A stretch of 64,000 bases of DNA from Candidatus Wolfebacteria bacterium GW2011_GWE2_44_13 (GTDB taxonomy: Bacteria; Patescibacteriota; Minisyncoccia; UBA6257; UBA9933): the NCBI GenBank assembly GCA_001000675.1, contig LCHW01000002.1, positions 69,310 through 133,309 of the forward strand, written 5' to 3'. A program made the translations under genes and the position numbers. Below, one piece after another: positions 27,038-36,160 of the stretch. Each line of letters starts with the position of its first letter. Within the stretch, counting starts at the first letter, position 1. The notes under the pieces were generated by a model. The model was given only the letters and a program-made list of their open reading frames with translations, did no database searches and was not told the origin of the DNA.

Positions 27038-27310
27038 TCACCCGTCAATAGTAAACGCGAAGACGGCGTGTCCAGGAGAATAGTTCGTCTCCACATCAAC
27101 GAAACCGTTTTCACGCAAGAAGGTGCGAATCCGATCCGCGACCTGCTTCACGCTCTCTGCGGGCGTTTTCTGAAGAAAGTCCAGCTGTTTTGCAGAGAGG
27201 ACGGCAACTCCAGTGCCTGAGACGGTGGCTTTTTCCGAGGTCCCGTCGATCGAAATGCGACGAGCATTTTTCTCTGTGGTGTTGGCGCCTTTTTCAACAA
27301 TGATGTCCAT
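27038..27310 (-). CDS. Hypothetical small protein.
   Basis: 90 aa from internal ATG 27310 with an AGGAAAGGAAG RBS. Terminators flank it on both sides. Confidence 0.4.
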   Translation of the reverse strand: MDIIVEKGANTTEKNARRISIDGTSEKATVSGTGVAVLSAKQLDFLQKTPAESVKQVADRIRTFLRENGFVDVETNYSPGHAVFAFTIDG

Positions 27311-27443
27311 AGAGACACACTTCCTTTCCTGATAAGAGGTTATGAGAACTGAATAGATTATGCAACATTTCATAAAAAAGTCAAGGGGACAATAAAGACC
27401 GCTTCGGCGGTCTTTATAAACTATGTATTTGATTGTGCAATCG

Positions 27444-28808
27444 TTAATCGAGCGTAACTTTCATACCATGCTTTGGAATGATGGTATCGATAGCAAATTC
27501 ATCGCGTACCTTTTGAGCAAATGGTGTCATTTGGTCTACATCACCGTGGACGACGAATATCTTTTTAAGGGATTGTCGCATTGGATGAATCCATTGCAAG
27601 AGTAATGGCTGGTCTGCGTGCGCAGAGTATCCGGAGATAGTCGCCATCTTGCAGCGAACCGGAATTTCTTCGCCCATAATGCGAACAACCGGTGCTCCAT
27701 CAAGGATAGCACGACCCATGGTGCCACGTGCCTGATAGCCGATAAAGAGGATGGTGGTATTAGGGTCAGGAAGGTAGCGAAGTTCGTGATGGAGAATACG
27801 TCCACCGTTGGACATTCCCGATCCGGCGATGATTATCTTAGGTAACGATGCTTCGTTAATAGACTTAGATTGTTCGGAGGTTAGCGTAAAGCGAAGACGC
27901 GGGAAGTCGAATATTTCGCCACCTTGTTTTGCTTTTTCGATTGCCTCTGCATCGAAATACATCGGGTCTTGTGAGTATTTCTTGTAGAGAGCAGTAAGCT
28001 TAATCGCGAGCGGACTATCAACATACACAGGAGCACCTGGGATGCGACCCTTTTCTACGAGTTCGTCCATCTCGTACAATAATTCCTGTGTACGTTCCAT
28101 AGCAAAGGCAGGAATTAGGAGAACACCGTTAAGCATCATCGCATCTTCAATAACGTCTTCAAGGCGATCTCGGCGAGTGCCTGGGTTGTCGTGAACGCGA
28201 TCGCCATAGGTGGATTCAATAAGAAGATAATCAACATCCGCTAACTGCTCAGTATCTTTTACAAGAGGAGCAGGCTGGTTGCCGAGGTCTCCGGAAAAGG
28301 CAACGCTTTTGCCAGTAGCTTTTTCAGTAACCACAATAAATGCAGATCCAAGAATATGTCCCGCATCAAAAAATTCAACAGAAAAATCTTTCATGTCGAT
28401 TTTTTGGTGATAGCTGATGCCCTCCCACATTTTGAGAGTTGCGGTGATGTCGTTTAGATCATAGATAGGGGCACGGCCTTGTTCCAGGGAATCTTTATAA
28501 AGAAGATGCTCTGAATCGACAAGAAGTTGTTCTGCAAAATCCTTTGTAGGAGATGTTGAATAAATCTTACCGCGAAAGCCCTCCTTGTAGAGTTTAGGAA
28601 TTTTTCCCGTGTGGTCGATGTGTGCGTGGGTAACAAATAATGCGTCGATATTCTTTACGTCATAAGGGAATGGTTCGTAGTTTTCAGGATTAACAAAACG
28701 ACCACCCTGAATCAACCCGCAATCGATAAGAATCTTGGTATTAGGTGTTTCGAGCAGAAAGTTCGAACCGGTAACCTCTTCAGAGGCACCAAAAAAGGTA
28801 AGTTCCAT
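27444..28808 (-). CDS. Metallo-beta-lactamase / beta-CASP family ribonuclease (RNase J / CPSF-like).
   Basis: HAHIDHTG motif, beta-CASP motifs A-C, ESTYGD. Start set at internal ATG 28808 (MELTFFG). The 63-aa upstream extension is non-coding-like. Confidence 0.75.
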   Translation of the reverse strand: MELTFFGASEEVTGSNFLLETPNTKILIDCGLIQGGRFVNPENYEPFPYDVKNIDALFVTHAHIDHTGKIPKLYKEGFRGKIYSTSPTKDFAEQLLVDSEHLLYKDSLEQGRAPIYDLNDITATLKMWEGISYHQKIDMKDFSVEFFDAGHILGSAFIVVTEKATGKSVAFSGDLGNQPAPLVKDTEQLADVDYLLIESTYGDRVHDNPGTRRDRLEDVIEDAMMLNGVLLIPAFAMERTQELLYEMDELVEKGRIPGAPVYVDSPLAIKLTALYKKYSQDPMYFDAEAIEKAKQGGEIFDFPRLRFTLTSEQSKSINEASLPKIIIAGSGMSNGGRILHHELRYLPDPNTTILFIGYQARGTMGRAILDGAPVVRIMGEEIPVRCKMATISGYSAHADQPLLLQWIHPMRQSLKKIFVVHGDVDQMTPFAQKVRDEFAIDTIIPKHGMKVTLD

Positions 28809-28955
28809 GGCGTGATATAAATTAAGAATACGTATTACTCTATAGTATAGAGAAAAAGCGAGACAATGTGAAATAAACGCATTGACAGGGTATAGGGGTA
28901 GTGTTATATAGAAGATAGATACTATAAAAATCCATACAGAAAGAAGGTGATTTGC

Positions 28956-29498
28956 ATGGCGATGTTCCCGCAACGGGAAAAAGAAAAAGAGCAGCAAGAA
29001 CTTCCACTTATCTTTTCGCAGAGTCTGATTAGCGTAAGTGCTGACTTGTACAACGCATTGACGCGAGCAGCTGTCCGTAAAATGGGCGAGAAGCAGGTGA
29101 AAAATTTGCAGCTCAGTCTGTTACATCGGGTCGAACAGGAATTCATCCAGGAAAATCCCGAAGCAACGACGTTTGTCGTGCCACGGAAAGCGAGTGAGGT
29201 GTATCTACACCTCGTTGTGCTCGCAGTGGAAGATTGTCTGGATGCGTGGGAGCGACAAGCGCGCATAAAAGTACTCTTTCCGATTCACGGCACCACCGCA
29301 GTACAGAAAGAAGGTGAGCAGGATAGATTCCTGAGTGCTGTTCAGGAGGCAAGCGGAATCTACGGCCATATAAATGGCGGAGGCCTGCACCTCAAGGTGT
29401 CGTTATTCGGTGGAGATATTCCCGCCGAGCAAGTGAATCCCGACGAGCGACGGGGGAGATTGTACAAATATTTCGCCCGAAAAGGAGAAATACCATAA
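28956..29498 (+). CDS. Hypothetical protein, GC-rich.
   Basis: GAAGGTG RBS before ATG 28956. Terminator hairpin at 29500..29526. Confidence 0.45.
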   Translation: MAMFPQREKEKEQQELPLIFSQSLISVSADLYNALTRAAVRKMGEKQVKNLQLSLLHRVEQEFIQENPEATTFVVPRKASEVYLHLVVLAVEDCLDAWERQARIKVLFPIHGTTAVQKEGEQDRFLSAVQEASGIYGHINGGGLHLKVSLFGGDIPAEQVNPDERRGRLYKYFARKGEIP

Positions 29499-29616
29499 GG
29501 CCGCCCCAAAAGGCGGCCATTTTATTAGGGTTTTTAGGGTGTTGACAAAGTTTATTTTTCCTATATAGTGAAAAGGCTTCGCTTTGACATATAAGAGATG
29601 AGTGTGTTATAGCCTC

Positions 29617-29644
29617 TTGACAAATAAAATTTATCTGTTATAAT
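29617..29644 (+). promoter_or_regulatory. Near-consensus sigma70-type promoter TTGACA-N16-TATAAT driving the candidate ncRNA.
   Basis: ttgaca at 29617..29622 and tataat at 29639..29644, seen directly. Confidence 0.5.
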
Positions 29645-29650
29645 AAATTT

Positions 29651-29867
29651 ATAACGATAAGGAAATAGAGAGAAAGACTATTTGGTTCTGTGGGTTCTTA
29701 AGGAATTTCTTTTAGGCTCAGGATGTTCTGGTTCCGGCTGGGGCACTCCTCGAAGAAATTCTAAATTTCTTACTGGTGTAAGATTTCAAAAAATTTTTAC
29801 ACCCACAGAACCAAGGAGTGTTTCTCCGGTGAAAGTAACTAAAACCCCCGCGCAAGCGGGGGTTTTA
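29651..29867 (+). ncRNA. Candidate structured small RNA (~215 nt). A 13 bp closing helix encloses a multi-stem domain and is followed by an intrinsic terminator. Identity unknown.
   Basis: Perfect 13 bp helix (tggttctgtgggt at 29683..29695 pairing with acccacagaacca at 29801..29813). Internal 10 bp helix (ggaatttctt/aagaaattct) and a 6 bp hairpin (tcttac-tggt-gtaaga). Terminator cccccgcgcaagcggggg plus T-run at 29845..29866. No credible ORF. Confidence 0.4.
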
Positions 29868-29874
29868 GTATATA

Positions 29875-30273
29875 ATGAAGAATATGAAAAAGGAAAATAT
29901 CCCGCAGATCATAAAAGATGTCGGCTTTGATTTTAGCTGGGATGAGAAAAAAGTTTGGGCGTTGAACATACCGATAACGGAAATGGATATTTCCGAATTA
30001 GAGTGGCACTTTGATATACCGTTTCATTGGCATGGAGACGAAGTATATAATTTATCTTCACGTGAGATATTAGGCGACCCCGCGAGATACAAGAAAGAGT
30101 ATGATCGGACAATGAACGCCGATCTACAATACCCGATCGATATTATGCAGAATAAAGGAAGATGGCTGATATTGGACGGTCTGCATCGATTGATGAAAGC
30201 ATCAATTCTGGGAATGGGAAAAGTGAATGTCCGTATCGTTCCAAGAGAAAAAATATCCGAGATCGCGAAATAA
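29875..30273 (+). CDS. Hypothetical protein with a ParB/sulfiredoxin-like nuclease motif.
   Basis: LILDGLHRL resembles the ParB/Srx DGxHR motif. 132 aa. Bidirectional terminator at 30281..30318. Confidence 0.45.
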   Translation: MKNMKKENIPQIIKDVGFDFSWDEKKVWALNIPITEMDISELEWHFDIPFHWHGDEVYNLSSREILGDPARYKKEYDRTMNADLQYPIDIMQNKGRWLILDGLHRLMKASILGMGKVNVRIVPREKISEIAK

Positions 30274-30406
30274 ATTTACAAAATACCCGGTCCTATTAAT
30301 AGGACCGGGTATTTTGTTTGAATTCTGGTATAAACTATTGCGTGAGAATACTGGATTCCGACCTGCGCCGGAATGACAGATGCATTCTTCCTGTCGCATG
30401 TCGCTT

Positions 30407-32083
30407 TTACCCTGTCGCTGTCGTTGGCCATTCCACCGGTCCCGTAACTCCTTCTACTTCTTCAAACGTAGTCATACCGGCAATAACTTTTAAGATGCCA
30501 TCTTCTTGCATAGTAGTCATGCCATGCTCTCGTGCAAATTTTAAGAATACTTCTTCGCCAGCCATGCTCGCAATCAAATCTTCAAGTCCAGGCTGTTTGG
30601 TGAATAGCTCGTAGATAGCGACACGTCCTTTATATCCAGTGTTGTTACATACTGCGCAACCAACAGGAGCGAAAAGTGTTGGCGTCTTATACGTTTCACG
30701 ATTCACGCGTGCCGGCAATGCATTGATGAACGTGGTAAACTTTGTTTTTAAGTCATTATCAAGCGGCATAGGGACTTTGCATTCTTTGCACAGGCGGCGA
30801 ATAAGACGCTGTGCAATAACGAGGGTAAGTGCTGGCCCAATAGATTGTGGCTTTACGTTAAGATCGAGAAGGCGGGGAATAGCTCCAGCTGCCGAGTTCG
30901 TGTGGAGCGTAGAGAAGACCAAGTGTCCGGTGAGTGCTGCTTGAATAGCAATCTCAGCAGTTTCTTGGTCGCGGATTTCTCCGACAAGAATAATATCTGG
31001 ATCTTGTCGCATAAGTGAACGAAGTCCACTTGCAAACGTATACCCACTTCCTGTGTTAATCTGGGTTTGTTCAATGCCCTCGAGGTGGTATTCGATAGGA
31101 TCTTCAATGGTGATAATCTTTTCTTCTGGGTCCGCCTTTGCGCCAAGGAAGGTATAGAGCGTTGTCGTTTTACCAGAACCAGTAGGACCAGTATTGAGAA
31201 TCATACCGTTTGGGCGGTTAAGTTCAACATTAATAATTGCCAAGTCGTCCTCACGCAATCCTAGTTGGGGGAGGGTAATTTTAATCGAGTCTGGATCAAG
31301 AAGACGCATAACCGCTACTTCGCCAAATTGTGCTGGCGCAATGGCAACACGAACTTCCACATCTTTCTGTGGGAAACGGATAGTAAAACGACCATCCTGG
31401 GCTTCTTTTGTAACGTTCAGTTTTAAATTGGAAAGCAATTTAATACGGGTAAGAAGATACGGATAAAATTCTTTTGTGAACGTAAAAATGTCGTGCAGGT
31501 TGCCGTCAATGCGGAAGCGAAGCTTCCCGTCGTGTTCGCTCGGCTCTAAGTGGATATCCGAAGCACGTGTGCCCATGGCGCCACGCGAAATAATTTCAAG
31601 AATTCCCCCTGCCTTACTAGGGGAGAATTCTTCAGCGGCAAAAACTTCTTTTATACCATCGATAGAATTGAGCTTATCGGCAAGATCAATAATGCGTTGC
31701 TCGATTTGTACTTTTCCAGTAATTTTTTCAGTTGTTTTTGCTGTGTAGCGATAATAGCTCAGCGCGTATTCCATGCTAGCTGGACCTACAATATAATCGG
31801 TGACGGCATAGCCTTGTGCAGCTAGGTCATCAATGGCTTTCTTTGCGTTAGGAGTCGTCGGGTCAAGAGCTACGACAGCAACTTTGCTTGCTTTTCGTTC
31901 AATAGCAGCAACATGAGCGGCGCGTGCGATTTCTTCTGGAATCAATGAAAGCGCCTCGATACTAATAGGCGTTTTTGAAAGCGTGATATATTTTTTCCCG
32001 AGTGCAATTGCGCGATGTTGCGCTTCGCGCTCCTGTGCCTCCTTTCGTATGCGAGCAAGTTTTTGGGTTAGCGTTTCTTCCAT
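30407..32083 (-). CDS. pilB: Type IV pilus assembly ATPase PilB (GspE family).
   Basis: Walker A GPTGSGKTTT, Asp box, Walker B, His box and a tetracysteine motif (CKEC...CAVC). Confidence 0.9.
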   Translation of the reverse strand: MEETLTQKLARIRKEAQEREAQHRAIALGKKYITLSKTPISIEALSLIPEEIARAAHVAAIERKASKVAVVALDPTTPNAKKAIDDLAAQGYAVTDYIVGPASMEYALSYYRYTAKTTEKITGKVQIEQRIIDLADKLNSIDGIKEVFAAEEFSPSKAGGILEIISRGAMGTRASDIHLEPSEHDGKLRFRIDGNLHDIFTFTKEFYPYLLTRIKLLSNLKLNVTKEAQDGRFTIRFPQKDVEVRVAIAPAQFGEVAVMRLLDPDSIKITLPQLGLREDDLAIINVELNRPNGMILNTGPTGSGKTTTLYTFLGAKADPEEKIITIEDPIEYHLEGIEQTQINTGSGYTFASGLRSLMRQDPDIILVGEIRDQETAEIAIQAALTGHLVFSTLHTNSAAGAIPRLLDLNVKPQSIGPALTLVIAQRLIRRLCKECKVPMPLDNDLKTKFTTFINALPARVNRETYKTPTLFAPVGCAVCNNTGYKGRVAIYELFTKQPGLEDLIASMAGEEVFLKFAREHGMTTMQEDGILKVIAGMTTFEEVEGVTGPVEWPTTATG

Positions 32084-32184
32084 ATAAGTAAGTCAAATGT
32101 AATAACTCTATTGTATAGAATTTTATGCATCTTTGCGAGATGAGTAATATAAAACCGCTTCAGCGATGAAGCGGTTTTATGAGG

Positions 32185-32469
32185 TCACATTTCGGGCGAC
32201 TCTTGCGGGGCTCTTGTCGATCCTTCTGGCTCGACAATTTTGAGGTTTACTCGTGCGTGGTTTTTTACACCAACGATGCGGAGCAATGATCGAATCGCTT
32301 TTGCGGTAGATCCTTGTCGTCCAACGATTTGCCCCATGTCGAGCGGGTTCACTCGCAAACTAAGGAGGACACCCATCTCGTCAACTTTTCGTTCGATGAC
32401 CACCTCTTCTGGGTGATCAACAATTGCTTTGACGAGGAACTCGAGAAATATTTGGTCTTTTTCTATCAT
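32185..32469 (-). CDS. KH-domain RNA-binding protein (KhpA/YlqC-like).
   Basis: GQIVGRQGSTAKAIRSLL (GxxG KH motif). 94 aa. Upstream of rpsP as in rpsP-khpA operons. Confidence 0.7.
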   Translation of the reverse strand: MIEKDQIFLEFLVKAIVDHPEEVVIERKVDEMGVLLSLRVNPLDMGQIVGRQGSTAKAIRSLLRIVGVKNHARVNLKIVEPEGSTRAPQESPEM

Positions 32470-32649
32470 GTCTCTGATTACTTTTCTTGTACTTCGTGTG
32501 CGCTCTGCGACCTTTTATTTTTTATATAGATAAGTATACGGGCTATTGCAGGGGATTACAATGAACATGTAATAAGAGGTGCGAGATGTGAGAAAGAAAA
32601 AAGAAATAAAAAATTCTCCATCAAACGATGGAGAATTTTTATAAGAACG

Positions 32650-33108
32650 TTATTCAGCTGGAGTAGCTTCTTCTGCAGGAGCTGCTTCGGTTTCAGCCTC
32701 GGCTGCTTTTGCTGCCTCTGCTGCTTCTTTTGCTGCAGCTGCCTCTGCCTCCTTAGCTGCCTTTGCCGCTACAGCTGCTTCTTCATCGGCCTTTGCCTTT
32801 GCTTCAGCTGCTTTGCGAGGAGCATCAAGTGCTTCTGCGTGGGCTTTGATATCATGCGAAGACTTTTTCTTTGCTTTGATAACCTGATCCTTTACAAGAA
32901 TATTGTGAACAGTATCAGTTGCCTGAGCGCCTACGCTAATCCAGTAAGCTGCGCGTTCCTTGTTTACGGAATGCGTTTTTTCACGAGGATTCCAGAATCC
33001 AAGGTCTTCAACGTATTTTCCACCCATTTTAGATCGCTTTTCTGCGACTACGATACGGAAAGTTGGCTGGTTCTTCTTTCCTATTCGGTTTAACTTTATT
33101 GCTAACAT
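32650..33108 (-). CDS. rpsP: 30S ribosomal protein S16 with an Ala/Glu/Lys-rich C-terminal extension.
   Basis: MLAIKLNRIGKKNQPTFRIVVAEKRSK... S16 core (~80 aa) plus a ~70 aa AEAKAK low-complexity tail. Confidence 0.88.
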   Translation of the reverse strand: MLAIKLNRIGKKNQPTFRIVVAEKRSKMGGKYVEDLGFWNPREKTHSVNKERAAYWISVGAQATDTVHNILVKDQVIKAKKKSSHDIKAHAEALDAPRKAAEAKAKADEEAAVAAKAAKEAEAAAAKEAAEAAKAAEAETEAAPAEEATPAE

Positions 33109-33254
33109 AGTTGTAGTATAGTACTGAATAACGCCAGAAAATGCAAGGGCTAATCAGGCACTAGGGGAAATCAGCTAATTAGGTTGACGCAGAGGTATAA
33201 AGGTGGTATTTATGGGGTAGATCATACAATAATAAATAAGAGAGAGGACTGCAG

Positions 33255-33683
33255 ATGGAGACGCCGAAGAGAAAGAGAATTCTATTGATTGAGGGGACAG
33301 AATTACCGAGCAATACGGTGATTGAGCTGGTAAAGGCGGGGTACGTGCTCGAGTGGAATCTGCTCGACGAAACTACACCCGGGCGAATCAAACAGCAGTA
33401 TTCTCTGTACGATGTAATTGTCATCGGAGGAAGCGTAGAACGAGAAAAGCAGCACGAGCTGTTGCGAGCAATCTCGATTGTCGAGGGCGATGCCGTGAGA
33501 TTGCTTGTACCCGTGGTTTGCGTGGACCTTCGCGTTCCAAGGATAATTCGGCTCCAGGACCTCGTGTTGGTGCCGGATCAATTCGACGCCATTGCCGATG
33601 GAGTCAAAAGGGCGTTAGCCGATTTGGCTGGCGTAATGCGGCGCATGATGGAGCGCACTGCTGCGCGGGAGGCGAAGACATGA
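33255..33683 (+). CDS. Stand-alone pseudo-receiver (REC-fold) protein, array member 1. Phospho-acceptor positions degenerate.
   Basis: REC-like beta/alpha pattern: RILLIEG (beta1, DD replaced by EG), YDVIVIGG (beta3, Asp replaced by Gly), LLVPVVCVD (beta4). GC-rich. The overlapping frame 33353.. is Arg-rich off-frame. Confidence 0.55.
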   Translation: METPKRKRILLIEGTELPSNTVIELVKAGYVLEWNLLDETTPGRIKQQYSLYDVIVIGGSVEREKQHELLRAISIVEGDAVRLLVPVVCVDLRVPRIIRLQDLVLVPDQFDAIADGVKRALADLAGVMRRMMERTAAREAKT

Positions 33684-34024
33684 TAAAAAAGAAAACGCCC
33701 ACCATACCCGTATTGCTCGTCGGCAGCCGGGTGCTCGCAGAAATGTACAGGGAGCTGCTTGAAGTGCACAGCATTCAAGCCGATTGGGTGCGAAGCGATT
33801 TGACGGCATTTTCGATGCTTGAAATCGAAGGCGAGTACGACATTATCGTCGTGGACGGGTCGGCAATCTGCGGAGACTTCCTCGTCTTCATAGAAAGGTT
33901 GTACGAGGAAGTGCCTCCCTGGACATGGGTCGTTGGGTCGACGCAGATAAATGATGACACGCGTACGCAGCTTGTGCAGATGATAGTTGAAGATCTCGCT
34001 GCGCGAGGAAAAGTAATGCCATAG
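33680..34024 (+). CDS. Stand-alone REC-fold protein, array member 2 (retains Asp in the beta3 position).
   Basis: PVLLVGS (beta1), YDIIVVDGS (beta3), ATGA overlap with member 1, terminator gtggcggaccgaggtccgccac plus T-run at 34036..34066. Confidence 0.5.
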   Translation: MIKKKTPTIPVLLVGSRVLAEMYRELLEVHSIQADWVRSDLTAFSMLEIEGEYDIIVVDGSAICGDFLVFIERLYEEVPPWTWVVGSTQINDDTRTQLVQMIVEDLAARGKVMP

Positions 34025-34204
34025 TGCGAGCTACGAGTGGCGGACCGAGGTCCGCCACTTTTTTGTAAAAAGAAAATAATATGCAGCTTAAAAGATGCGT
34101 AAGATAGAAAAGTAGTATTCGATTGACAAAAGCTGACTGAAGCTGTATTAGATAATTAGTAAATAAAATCTCCGCACTACGCGGATCATAGAAAGGAGCA
34201 ACCC

Positions 34205-34555
34205 ATGAGGCGACTGCATATTTTGTTGATAACGAATCTGGAATGTGAGACGGAAATTGCCCAGCACCTACTTAAGGCGATGGGGCATGATCTTGATGAG
34301 GTGTATGATGCGATATGGGCGATTGAAAAAATTTCCCATAAAACATTTGACGCCATTATCGTTGCAGAATTTTCAGTAGAAGAGGCGGAGCTGATCGTGT
34401 GCGATATCAGGATGCAAACACAACAAAACATGTATAGTATTATCCTTAACAAGGAGGCTCAGCACAAAGAGCATAATGACTATGCTGATGAAGTGATTCC
34501 GTTAACTCGCCCGGCGCTGCGGGACGCATTGGCGCGCAAATTTAGCGGAGTGTAG
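34205..34555 (+). CDS. Stand-alone pseudo-receiver protein, array member 3.
   Basis: HILLITN (beta1), FDAIIVAEF (beta3, Asp replaced by Ala/Glu). Own TTGACA promoter. Terminator gtggcgagcccaggctcgccac at 34558..34587. Confidence 0.5.
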   Translation: MRRLHILLITNLECETEIAQHLLKAMGHDLDEVYDAIWAIEKISHKTFDAIIVAEFSVEEAELIVCDIRMQTQQNMYSIILNKEAQHKEHNDYADEVIPLTRPALRDALARKFSGV

Positions 34556-34663
34556 TAAGTGGCGAGCCCAGGCTCGCCACTTTTTTGTAGAAAATTTGAC
34601 CAACGCTTAGCTTTGTGTTATGAGTAATACAGTTCAAGTAAAATTCAATACAGAAGGGGAAGG

Positions 34664-35107
34664 GTGAAAATGAAAATTTTAGTTGTGGATGACGCGATGG
34701 CGAGTAAATACGTGGAAGCACTCATACTTGCCGGATACATGGTTGAGAGTGTACCAAGCGGAGAACAGGCATTGCGCAAAATTATGCAAGAGGGAGGGTA
34801 CGATCTGATGATTGTTACCCCGCGCATCTCTGACATGGAACCGGTTAAGCTTGTGAAGAAATGCCTAATGCCTTTACGAAGCAGGATGAAAACCATCGTG
34901 CCAATCATTTTGGCAGAGCGGCATGGCGACCGAATTACGCAAAATTGGTTTGTGATTGCTCCTGATGAAGTTGAGTCAGTGAAGCAAGCGATGAGAGATT
35001 GCCTTAACTTGCATCCGCCACAAAAAGAGAAGCCGGTGGAACAGCGAGAAGGGTTCTTTCATTGCTGGTTTAAAGATGTTTGGTGGCAACTGGGAATATC
35101 CTGGTAA
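34664..35107 (+). CDS. Stand-alone pseudo-receiver protein, array member 4 (keeps the beta1 Asp-Asp pair but lacks the phospho-acceptor Asp).
   Basis: KILVVDDAMAS (beta1), YDLMIVTPRISDMEPVKLVKK (beta3-alpha3, Asp replaced by Thr). Terminator gcggcgagcttaggctcgccg at 35130..35159. Confidence 0.55.
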   Translation: MKMKILVVDDAMASKYVEALILAGYMVESVPSGEQALRKIMQEGGYDLMIVTPRISDMEPVKLVKKCLMPLRSRMKTIVPIILAERHGDRITQNWFVIAPDEVESVKQAMRDCLNLHPPQKEKPVEQREGFFHCWFKDVWWQLGISW

Positions 35108-35257
35108 CCCCTCCTCCTTAATAAGAATGTGCGGCGAGCTTAGGCTCGCCGTTTTTTTAATAAATAAATCAGAAGGCTAACTTGACCGGATAAGAGATGA
35201 CGTGGTATGTATAAGATAGTTATTCAATTAAATAAATAGAGGGAAGGAGCTGAGCGG

Positions 35258-35659
35258 ATGCGTGCAAACGTGAAAAAGCCAAGGATCCTTATGGTGTGTC
35301 GAGGTATACGAGGATCACGACACAGGGAACATGCAACAGACCTGCGTAAGCGCGGATATATTGTCGAGTTTGTGGGTGATGTTAATAATCCGGAGGACCT
35401 ACTTGCAAGTGATTGGTATGAGGCAATCATAATCAATCGCGAAGTGGGATCCTTGTCTTGCAGAAAGGGTGATGGGTATGCATTTGCGAGGGAGGTTCGG
35501 GAAATCTATCCAGCGTTACCCATAATCGTAATTGATCGTAACTTAGCAAAAACACACGTCTACTCAGAAGACACACTGATGCAGATTGTGTGGGATGAGG
35601 CGGGATGGATTACAAATGCATTAGCAAAAATATTTCACCAAGAACCTTCTTTTGCATAA
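35258..35659 (+). CDS. Stand-alone pseudo-receiver protein, array member 5.
   Basis: RILMVCRG (beta1), YEAIIINRE...GDGYAFAREVREIYPALPIIVID (Asp replaced by Asn, then alpha3-beta4). GGAAGGAG RBS. Confidence 0.55.
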   Translation: MRANVKKPRILMVCRGIRGSRHREHATDLRKRGYIVEFVGDVNNPEDLLASDWYEAIIINREVGSLSCRKGDGYAFAREVREIYPALPIIVIDRNLAKTHVYSEDTLMQIVWDEAGWITNALAKIFHQEPSFA

Positions 35660-35684
35660 CATCGGTACGAAAGGATCTGAACGA

Positions 35685-36125
35685 ATGAGTGCGAGCGTGA
35701 AAAAGCCAAAGATTCTAATAGTATATCCAGTTCTGACGGAAGCCGAGAATGATCGATTCTGTATTGATTTGCGAGTTTTGGGGTACGACACGTACCTTAT
35801 GACAAGCGTGAGAGGTCTCGACAGAGATCTCGGCGCAACGAGATACGCCGCAGTTATTATTAGCAAGGCGATGCGCGACCCGCACCATGCGGGTAGCGAT
35901 GGCTATTCACTGGCCAGTCGCATCAAGAAAAGCAAACTTGCTATGCCGGTGATCGTGTTGGATCCGACGTGCGGGAATGCAGAAGATTGTATGCGGCTAG
36001 ACACGGGAGTGCGGGTCATCCCTGACACAGCGAGGAACCTCGAATACGTACTTGCAGAGTTATTCTACCCCGAGCGGGTAGAGCGTTTACGCATACATGC
36101 GGGCGCGATAGTCAAAGAGGGATAG
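35685..36125 (+). CDS. Stand-alone pseudo-receiver protein, array member 6 (closest paralogue of member 5).
   Basis: MSASVKKPKILIVYPVL resembles MRANVKKPRILMVCRGI. YAAVIISKAM...GSDGYSLASRIKKSKLAMPVIVLD (Asp replaced by Ser). Terminator at 36130..36163. Confidence 0.55.
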   Translation: MSASVKKPKILIVYPVLTEAENDRFCIDLRVLGYDTYLMTSVRGLDRDLGATRYAAVIISKAMRDPHHAGSDGYSLASRIKKSKLAMPVIVLDPTCGNAEDCMRLDTGVRVIPDTARNLEYVLAELFYPERVERLRIHAGAIVKEG

Positions 36126-36160
36126 TCGCAAAAAAGGCGCACCATACGGTGCGCCCCTTT

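Noticed and set aside
29682-29930. 82-aa ORF spanning the structured-RNA candidate and its terminator
   Set aside because: It reads through a 13 bp helix and a strong intrinsic terminator, has no RBS and a Gly/Ser/Trp-rich low-complexity translation. It is better explained as non-coding RNA plus terminator.
30318-31825. Several plus-strand 65-100 aa ORFs inside pilB
   Set aside because: They are antisense shadows of a highly conserved ATPase gene and carry no RBS or motifs.
33353-33680. Arg-rich first half of ORF 33353..34024 overlapping REC-like gene 1
   Set aside because: It is an off-frame reading of GC-rich coding DNA. The REC-fold pattern is in the 33255..33683 frame, and the second gene starts at ATG 33680.
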